Assembly: GCA_030704615.1 (NCBI GenBank)
Contig: CM060734.1
Coordinates: 21,700,001-21,764,000, forward strand
Direction: 5' to 3'
Source of the DNA: Takakia lepidozioides
Lineage: Eukaryota; Plantae; Bryophyta
DNA length: 64,000 nt
Below, piece after piece: positions 63,603-64,000 of this stretch. Position numbers and translations under genes: made by a program. A model generated the notes under the pieces. The model was not told where the DNA came from. It worked only from the letters and a program-made list of their open reading frames with translations, and did no database searches. Numbering within the stretch: the stretch's first letter is position 1; each line of letters starts with the position of its first letter.

Positions 63603-64000
63603 AGTACCCGAGACCCGGCCCTCTTGGCCAAAAAGAAGTCCATACATTGCAGGTCACTGGCCTGATGGCATGACAATGCTAGAATCTACGGCAAAAGTCC
63701 ATTAAAGCTTACCACCATTGTTTTCCAGGAGGCTTATGCCAGGGTTCGCAAAAAAGCCTCACTATGCTCCATTCCACACCAGACTCAGGCCTGAAAGAGG
63801 CATGGCAGTGCCTCATCAGGCTTCCATCTTAAAATTCATGGTCTCCTCGTCCTTAGAGATTCACTTCAGCTACTTCAACTATTTTTGTTTATGTATATTT
63901 TTTCGCTTGTCATCTCATTCATACCCTCGACGCAAATGTTGACTAATGGGATGTGTAGATTAGAGTACATAGAATCACCTCAGGGTGTCGCATCGAGCGT

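Overview
Eukaryotic, land-plant-like, almost entirely transposon-derived window with no intact host gene. Left to right: (1) a TSD-bounded, internally deleted APE-RT LINE (608-4942, -). (2) An 11.9-kb Ty3/Gypsy-type retroelement (8825-20731, +) whose single decayed polyprotein reads Gag-PR-DNA cytosine methyltransferase-RT-RNaseH-DDE integrase-PHD. It also carries a CONSTANS-like B-box gene fragment and an unknown ORF in its leader. (3) Two diverged relatives of that element's right end (21035-21390 and 22599-23451, both -) nested with another Gypsy gag, LTR and extra ORF. (4) A CACTA-bounded block (26767-59303) holding an accessory gene, a ~20-kb array of 3.11-kb units between inverted repeats, a palindrome array and a decayed TnpD transposase. 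(5) Nested Gypsy and LINE fragments and a minisatellite. The main finding is the terminal architecture of the DNMT-Gypsy family. Instead of two LTRs it has split direct repeats (A1-internal-PPT-B1-A2-B2), TG..CA ends, a 4-bp TSD and an internal palindromic end-to-end junction GACA-GC-TGTC. It also has a self-complementary, non-tRNA primer site and covarying hairpins. The same layout recurs in the diverged copies. This suggests a DDE-integrase retrotransposon that integrates from a 2-LTR circle opened at a dedicated attachment site inside the LTR. All alignments and counts were done by eye.
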